DNA of 64,000 nt from Flavobacteriales bacterium (lineage in GTDB: Bacteria > Bacteroidota > Bacteroidia > Flavobacteriales > BACL11), in contig JAOHSR010000001.1 in NCBI GenBank assembly GCA_028122735.1, positions 15,711 through 79,710 of the forward strand, given 5' to 3'. Positions 58,688-64,000 of the stretch are shown here, piece by piece. The notes under the pieces were generated by a model that was not told where the DNA came from, made no database searches, and worked only from the letters and a program-made list of their open reading frames with translations. Numbering within the stretch: the first letter of the stretch is position 1; each line of letters begins with the position of its first letter. Made by a program: the position numbers and the translations under genes.

Positions 58688-59269
58688 ATGTTTACAGGAA
58701 TTATTGAAAATAAAGCGCATGTTATTGATATTAAGGAAAATAAAAAAAATTTAGATTTTCTCTTTAAATCAGAAATACTTTCTCAACTTAAAGTTGATCA
58801 AAGCATCTCTCATAATGGGGTTTGTCTTACGGTGGCTAAAATTTTTGAGGATTCTTATTTGGTTAATGTAGTTGATGAAACTTTAGATAAAACTAATTTT
58901 AGTTCATTAAAAATTGGCGATGCTGTTAATATTGAAAGAAGCATGCAAATAAATGGAAGGCTAGATGGACATATTGTTCAGGGGCATGTTGATCAAGTAG
59001 GAGAGTGTACTTCTATTATTGAGCAAGGAGGTTCTTTTTTGATGTCCTTTAAATATTCTAACCCATCTGATGTAACTGTAGAAAAAGGATCTATTTGTAT
59101 AAATGGGATAAGTTTAACAGTTTTTAATTCTATGCCAACCTCTTTTACAGTTGCTATTATTCCGTACACATGGGAAAATACAAATCTAAGAGATGTTAAG
59201 GTGGGTGATACAGTAAATTTAGAGTTTGATATTATTGGAAAATATATTCACAAAATATTAAATAAATAA
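58688..59269 (+). CDS. ribE: riboflavin synthase alpha chain
   Basis: 193 aa. Starts MFTGIIE and shows two repeated lumazine-binding halves (SHNGVCLTV and INGISLTV). Confidence 0.9.
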   Translation: MFTGIIENKAHVIDIKENKKNLDFLFKSEILSQLKVDQSISHNGVCLTVAKIFEDSYLVNVVDETLDKTNFSSLKIGDAVNIERSMQINGRLDGHIVQGHVDQVGECTSIIEQGGSFLMSFKYSNPSDVTVEKGSICINGISLTVFNSMPTSFTVAIIPYTWENTNLRDVKVGDTVNLEFDIIGKYIHKILNK

Positions 59270-59273
59270 TTAA

Positions 59274-60434
59274 ATGAGAAAGAAGATATTATTGCTCGGA
59301 TCTGGAGAATTAGGAAAAGAAGTTGTGATTGCATTTCAGCGCTTGGGACAATATGTTATTGCAGTTGACTCTTACGAAAATGCTCCTGCTATGCAAGTTG
59401 CTAATGATTTTGAGGTGGTCAATATGTTAGATGGTGATGCTCTTGACGGTATTGTTAAAAAGCACAAACCAGACTTTATTGTTCCTGAGGTTGAAAGTAT
59501 TAGGACAGAACATTTTTTTAAGTACGAAAAGCAAGGCTTCAAAGTTGTTCCATCTGCAAAAGCTGCAAATTTCACAATGAATAGAAAAGCAATTAGAGAT
59601 TTAGCTTTTAAGGATTTGAAAATCAAAACAGCTAAATATAAATATGCTACTTCTTATGAAGAACTAGAAGCAGCTGTAAGTTTCTGTGGGATGCCATGCG
59701 TTGTAAAGCCACTAATGTCCAGTTCTGGCAAAGGACAATCTGTAATAAAAAATAAGGATGACATAAAGAAATCTTGGAATTATGCTATGCAAGGTTCCAG
59801 AGGAGATTTGATGGAGGTTATTGTTGAGGAATTTATATCTTTTGAATATGAAATAACACTTTTGACTTTAACCCAAGATAACGGCAACACACTATTTTGC
59901 CCTCCAATTGGTCATAGACAGGAGAGGGGAGATTATCAAGAAAGCTGGCAGCCAATGTTGATGGATGATGATTTATTAAAAGAAGCTGAGAGTATGGCAA
60001 GAAAAGTTACTTCTGCACTTGGTGGATCTGGAATTTGGGGTGTCGAATTTTTTATAACAAAAGAGGGTGTTTGTTTTTCAGAATTATCGCCCAGACCTCA
60101 TGATACAGGAATGGTGACATTAGCCAATACACAGAACTATAATGAGTTTGAGTTACATGCTCGTGCTATTCTTGGAATTCCAATTCCAGAAATAAAATTG
60201 TTGAAAAATGGAGCCTCTGCTGTTGTATTAGCTCATAATGAAAATAGTAATTTCCCATTAATTAGCGGGATAAATGAAGCGTCATTAGTAGATAGTTCTG
60301 ATTTTAAAATATTTGGGAAACCATCAACTAGAAAATATAGAAGAATGGCGGTTGGACTAGCCTATGGAAATGAATCTACAGAGATTCTAGTGAAAAAGGC
60401 TCAACATGTTGCATCGCTAATTAAAGTTGATTAG
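59274..60434 (+). CDS. purT: formate-dependent phosphoribosylglycinamide formyltransferase
   Basis: 386 aa with an ATP-grasp fold. Starts [17 protein letters not shown] and contains SSSGKGQS. The C-terminus is typical of PurT. Confidence 0.88.
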   Translation: MRKKILLLGSGELGKEVVIAFQRLGQYVIAVDSYENAPAMQVANDFEVVNMLDGDALDGIVKKHKPDFIVPEVESIRTEHFFKYEKQGFKVVPSAKAANFTMNRKAIRDLAFKDLKIKTAKYKYATSYEELEAAVSFCGMPCVVKPLMSSSGKGQSVIKNKDDIKKSWNYAMQGSRGDLMEVIVEEFISFEYEITLLTLTQDNGNTLFCPPIGHRQERGDYQESWQPMLMDDDLLKEAESMARKVTSALGGSGIWGVEFFITKEGVCFSELSPRPHDTGMVTLANTQNYNEFELHARAILGIPIPEIKLLKNGASAVVLAHNENSNFPLISGINEASLVDSSDFKIFGKPSTRKYRRMAVGLAYGNESTEILVKKAQHVASLIKVD

Positions 60435-60868
60435 AATAATCTCTTATACATTTTATAATGAGGCCCAATTTCACTAATATTAAATTTAGGTCCAGTTTCT
60501 TTAAATCCTAATGATTTGTAGAAATCAATAGCAATAAGCCTTGCATTACACCAAATAGTATCACAATTTTTTTTTTCAAGTATTTGAAACGCTTTTCTCA
60601 TCAATTTATCAGCAGCACCATTTCTTCTATAATTGGGATGTGTTGCCATTCCTCTTAATCTATATCCATTAGTCATTTGAATATCTAAGTCGTTTTGAGG
60701 ATAGAACGTTCCTATTGATACTATTGTATCACCAACTTTAGAAGCTAGATGGAATGTTTTATGATGATCATCTAAATCATAAAAAGTAGTTTCAATAGGT
60801 TGGTTTGGTCTTAAAACTAGATTTCTAAGTGGTCTAATTTCAGAAGCATTTGCAATATGGATAGTCAT
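60431..60868 (-). CDS. GNAT-family N-acetyltransferase
   Basis: 145 aa. The acetyl-CoA loop is [20 protein letters not shown] (R/QxxGxG/A type). Its stop overlaps the convergent purT stop (TTAG, 60431..60434). Confidence 0.75.
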   Translation of the reverse strand: MTIHIANASEIRPLRNLVLRPNQPIETTFYDLDDHHKTFHLASKVGDTIVSIGTFYPQNDLDIQMTNGYRLRGMATHPNYRRNGAADKLMRKAFQILEKKNCDTIWCNARLIAIDFYKSLGFKETGPKFNISEIGPHYKMYKRLF

Positions 60869-60870
60869 AT

Positions 60871-62199
60871 TTATATTGAGAAATCACCTACTTCAAAATA
60901 AAATTCTAGCACTTTTATTTTGAAGATATAATCATATTTAGCTTTTATTAAATTTGACTGAGCAGATTCGTATAATTGCTGAGCTTGAAAAAAATTAATA
61001 CTGTTTAGAGCTCCATTTTCAAATCTTTCTTTTGCATAATTATAGGCTGTTTTTCTTGCTAGTTCTGTTTTTTTAGCGGCTTCAAATGCTTTTATTGCTC
61101 CTCTAGCATCGTTTAGAGATTGATTAATAGTATTTTCTAAATCTAATCGTGTCTGGTCTAGAAAGTTTTTACTTCTTAAAACATTAAGTTTTGATTTCTC
61201 CATGTTTGATCTTGTAGCAAAGCCATTAATTAATGGAATATTTATTTGTAACCCAACACTTTCACCAGCATTTAAATCAAATTGACTTTTTAATGATGTT
61301 GGCGCATCAATTATAACTCTTGAATTATAAGAGTAATATGCAGAAACAGATGGTAGTAGTGCAGATCTGGATATTTTTTCATCTTTAATAGCAATTTTAA
61401 GATTAGTCTCCGCGAGTTTAATATCATTTCTATGCTTTATAGATTCATTAATAATTTCACTTGCACTTTTTTCTAACATATTAGTTTCAGGAACATCATA
61501 GTTTTCATCAGCAATCTCAAAATTTGAATAATCATCAATCATTAATAATTGAGCTAATGAGATTTTAGATATTAAGTAATTGTTTTCTGCAACTACTAAG
61601 CTTTGTTCTGATTTTGCCAAATTTGCTTCAATTTCAAATAGATCTCCTTTTGGAATAACCCCATTTTTAAATTTTGTGTTAGCTATATTTAATTCTTCCT
61701 TAGCAATTTCTAGCTGGGAAGTTTGAACGTTTAATTGTTCTTTGTTAAATAGAATTTGCAAGTATGAATTAGCAATTAATAATGAGATGTCCTCTTTCAT
61801 ATCATCTAATTGATATTTCTTAGCTAAAAGATCAAGATTTGCTCTATGTAATCTTCGGATATTTGCTAAGCCATTAAACATATTCACCCCAACACTCATA
61901 TTTACTGATGAGTTTTCTGTAGTTTGATTTTCTAGAATTCCAGTTGTTATATTTTGTGTTAATCCAGTATTCCAACTATGATTTCCACTTATATTAAAGT
62001 TTGGGACAAAATTTCCAATTGCTAACTTTTTGTTTTCTGAAGAGTTAAGAAGATCTAGCGTTGAATTCTTAATAGAAATATTTTTTTCTATCGCTCTTTC
62101 AATGCATTCTTTTAGTGTTAGTTTTTCTTGAGCTATTGTATTTGAACTGCAACCTAATAGAAAAAACGAAATAAAAATTCTTGATATTATTTTTCCCAT
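60871..62199 (-). CDS. TolC-family outer-membrane efflux protein
   Basis: 442 aa with a signal peptide. Two tandem coiled-coil/beta-barrel repeats are typical of OEP/TolC proteins. It overlaps the adaptor gene by 13 nt. Confidence 0.8.
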   Translation of the reverse strand: MGKIISRIFISFFLLGCSSNTIAQEKLTLKECIERAIEKNISIKNSTLDLLNSSENKKLAIGNFVPNFNISGNHSWNTGLTQNITTGILENQTTENSSVNMSVGVNMFNGLANIRRLHRANLDLLAKKYQLDDMKEDISLLIANSYLQILFNKEQLNVQTSQLEIAKEELNIANTKFKNGVIPKGDLFEIEANLAKSEQSLVVAENNYLISKISLAQLLMIDDYSNFEIADENYDVPETNMLEKSASEIINESIKHRNDIKLAETNLKIAIKDEKISRSALLPSVSAYYSYNSRVIIDAPTSLKSQFDLNAGESVGLQINIPLINGFATRSNMEKSKLNVLRSKNFLDQTRLDLENTINQSLNDARGAIKAFEAAKKTELARKTAYNYAKERFENGALNSINFFQAQQLYESAQSNLIKAKYDYIFKIKVLEFYFEVGDFSI

Positions 62200-63293
62200 T
62201 TGTTTATTTTATTTGGTTTTGTTATGCTCCATACTTTTACTTTTTCATTTTCAGAAATTCCTGAAACAACTTCAACATTTATTCCGTCTGCTAAACCAAG
62301 TTCAACTTCTCTAATTTCAAATTCTTGATCTCCAGTTTCTATTTCTACAAAAGGCATTTTCGTTTCTTTATTATATTGAATTACCGCCTCACTAAGAGTA
62401 TTTACATTTTCTCTTTTAGCAGTAATGATAGATGCATTTGCACTGTAACCTGCTCTCACAAAAAATTCATTATCTATAACTACTTCGGCTTCGATTTTAA
62501 ACTGTACAGCACCACCTTCTTCTACCCCTTTCGGTGCTATAAATTTTAGCTTAGCTTGATATATTTTGTTTTCTATAGCGGCTAAATTTACTTCTAGATT
62601 CATATCTTTTTTTAATTTACTAACCTCTCCTTCATCTACTTTTCCTTCAAAAATCATTACATTCAAATCTGCAATTGTTGCTATAGTTGTTCCAGGGTTA
62701 AATGTGTTTGCTTGAATAACTTGATCTCCTTTTTTTACGGGAATTTCTAAAACTGTTCCAGTTACAGTTGCTCTAACATTTGTGTTTGTAACACTTGAAC
62801 CATCTGAAGAGCCTAGTTTAATAATTTGTAAATCACTTTCTGCATTTTTCAAGTTTTGTTGTGATTGATTGTATTGCAGTTCAATACTATTGTATTCTTG
62901 CTCAGAAATAATTCCTTTAGAAAATAATTTTTTACTCCTTATGAATTCTATTTCAGAATTTGCTAGTATAATTTTAGCGCTTTTCACCCTTCCTTCAGCA
63001 CTATTTAATGTCTGTTCATTTGGAACCACTTTTATCTTTACTAACAAATCACCTGCCTTAACTTGATCACCTTCTTTGACTAATATTTTGTCAATAATTC
63101 CAGCAATCTGAGGTTTGATTTCTACTTCATCTTCTGGAATTACTTTTCCAGTAGCTACAATTTTAGTTTGTATAGTTTCTTTTTTTAGCTGGGTAGTTTT
63201 ATATATAGTCACATCTTTTTTATTTGATTTTATAAAAAAAGATGTTGCAAATATTACACCCAGTACTAATAATCCAATTCCTATTTTTTTCAT
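62187..63293 (-). CDS. efflux periplasmic adaptor subunit (HlyD/MacA-type)
   Basis: 368 aa. Has an N-terminal anchor, a lipoyl-like segment (VKEGDQVKAGDLL) and a coiled-coil hairpin, followed by beta-barrel and membrane-proximal domains. Confidence 0.8.
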   Translation of the reverse strand: MKKIGIGLLVLGVIFATSFFIKSNKKDVTIYKTTQLKKETIQTKIVATGKVIPEDEVEIKPQIAGIIDKILVKEGDQVKAGDLLVKIKVVPNEQTLNSAEGRVKSAKIILANSEIEFIRSKKLFSKGIISEQEYNSIELQYNQSQQNLKNAESDLQIIKLGSSDGSSVTNTNVRATVTGTVLEIPVKKGDQVIQANTFNPGTTIATIADLNVMIFEGKVDEGEVSKLKKDMNLEVNLAAIENKIYQAKLKFIAPKGVEEGGAVQFKIEAEVVIDNEFFVRAGYSANASIITAKRENVNTLSEAVIQYNKETKMPFVEIETGDQEFEIREVELGLADGINVEVVSGISENEKVKVWSITKPNKINKWEK

Positions 63294-63315
63294 TTTTTAA
63301 TTTTTAAAATTACTG

Positions 63316-64000
63316 TTATTCCTCTCTTAGTGCTTCTATTGGTTTAATGCTAATTGCTTTTTCTGCCGGAATAAATCCAATTAATGTTCCAAGCCCAGTC
63401 ATTAGTAATAATGCCCCAAGGATAAATCTTATTGGAACTGTAGCATTTGTAAATGGGACGTCTTCTAAATTTTGAGTAGCTAAATTTATTATATATAAAA
63501 TAAATGCTCCTAAAATAATTCCAATTACTCCGGCAATTAATGTTAAAAATACAGATTCTAACACAATCTGTTTTCTTATGTCATTTGGGGTAGCTCCTAG
63601 AGCTCTTCGTATTCCAATTTCTTTTGTTCTCTCTTTAACCGAAATAAGTAATATATTTCCAATTCCTATCACACCGGCCAAAATAGTTGCAATTCCAATT
63701 ATTAAAGAAATAAAAGACATCCCATTTGCAAAATTTTTAATTCTAGTAAATAATGCCCCAAGATTAAATCCGCCTACTGCCTGTTTGTCATCTGGATGAA
63801 CCCTATGAATTTCTTTTAATTTTGCTCTTACTTTATCTTCAACCTTTACTATATCCACATCATCAAATCCAGCAATTAATAAGAATCCAACATTATCACC
63901 TGTGTTATATAATCTTTTAAATGTTGAAAAAGGCACATGTATATCTCCATCATCAGCAAAACTCCCTCCACCTTCATCCACATATTTATGTATGCCAATT
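63316..64000 (-). CDS. MacB/FtsX-type ABC transporter permease, C-terminal part (5' end beyond the right window edge)
   Basis: The frame is open to the window end. The upstream codons read IGIHKYVDEGGGSF, so the ORF-track start at 63981 is artificial. SVKERTKEIGIRRALGA and three C-terminal TMs mark the FtsX domain. Confidence 0.8.
   Translation of the reverse strand, partial: IGIHKYVDEGGGSFADDGDIHVPFSTFKRLYNTGDNVGFLLIAGFDDVDIVKVEDKVRAKLKEIHRVHPDDKQAVGGFNLGALFTRIKNFANGMSFISLIIGIATILAGVIGIGNILLISVKERTKEIGIRRALGATPNDIRKQIVLESVFLTLIAGVIGIILGAFILYIINLATQNLEDVPFTNATVPIRFILGALLLMTGLGTLIGFIPAEKAISIKPIEALREE

Noticed and set aside
1-64000. Search for tRNA, rRNA, riboswitches, mobile elements and known defence systems (restriction-modification, CRISPR-Cas, toxin-antitoxin, retrons, abortive infection and similar).
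   Set aside because: Intergenic spacers are nearly all under 140 nt. The longest, 21226..21457, is occupied by the tandem repeat and a promoter. None shows cloverleaf-type or riboswitch-type conserved structure that I can recognise. No ORF carries nuclease, methylase, ATPase or integrase signatures typical of defence or mobile elements. This rests on visual inspection only. A covariance-model scan would be the decisive check.

Overview
The window is a strongly AT-rich, very gene-dense chromosomal segment. It reads as a streamlined member of the Bacteroidota, class Flavobacteriia. Supporting evidence: T9SS C-terminal sorting domains, many lipoprotein-type exported enzymes, TAnnTTTG -7 promoter boxes 4-30 nt upstream of many first-in-operon start codons, and the conserved ftsX-DUF3098-uppP-truB and yceD-rpmF-plsX-fabH-accB-accC gene orders.

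I can support about 60 protein genes. One of them, a partial dnaG at the left edge, is missing from the ORF track. I see no rRNA or tRNA, no CRISPR, no transposase, integrase or phage genes, and no recognisable defence system. Most of the content is housekeeping: dnaG, ispB, rlmN, ispD, queA, truB, uppP, ftsX, leuS, gpmI, tyrS, pyrC, acs, acc/fab/plsX, pdxA, pepA, ribE and purT.

Blocks that deserve attention:
- **12.5-21.2 kb:** a nine-gene, translationally coupled kynurenine operon covering tryptophan to 2-aminomuconate. It contains an SDR whose catalytic Tyr and Lys are replaced.
- **21.27-21.38 kb:** a 10-bp-period A-tract minisatellite upstream of an exported MORN / DUF4197 / amidotransferase-like trio.
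- **36.0-42.0 kb:** an operon of a lamin-tail-domain T9SS protein, a TonB-dependent receptor and a T9SS-secreted two-HKD PLD-family enzyme. This is my best candidate for an undescribed system, namely extracellular nucleic-acid or phosphodiester capture and uptake.
- **42.0-50.4 kb:** a compact N-glycan-core salvage operon without SusC/SusD (MFS, GH92, GH20, glycosylasparaginase, CutC).
- **60.9-64.0 kb:** a MacAB/TolC-type efflux operon at the right edge.

All functional calls rest on motifs and family resemblance read from the translations. No database search was run.
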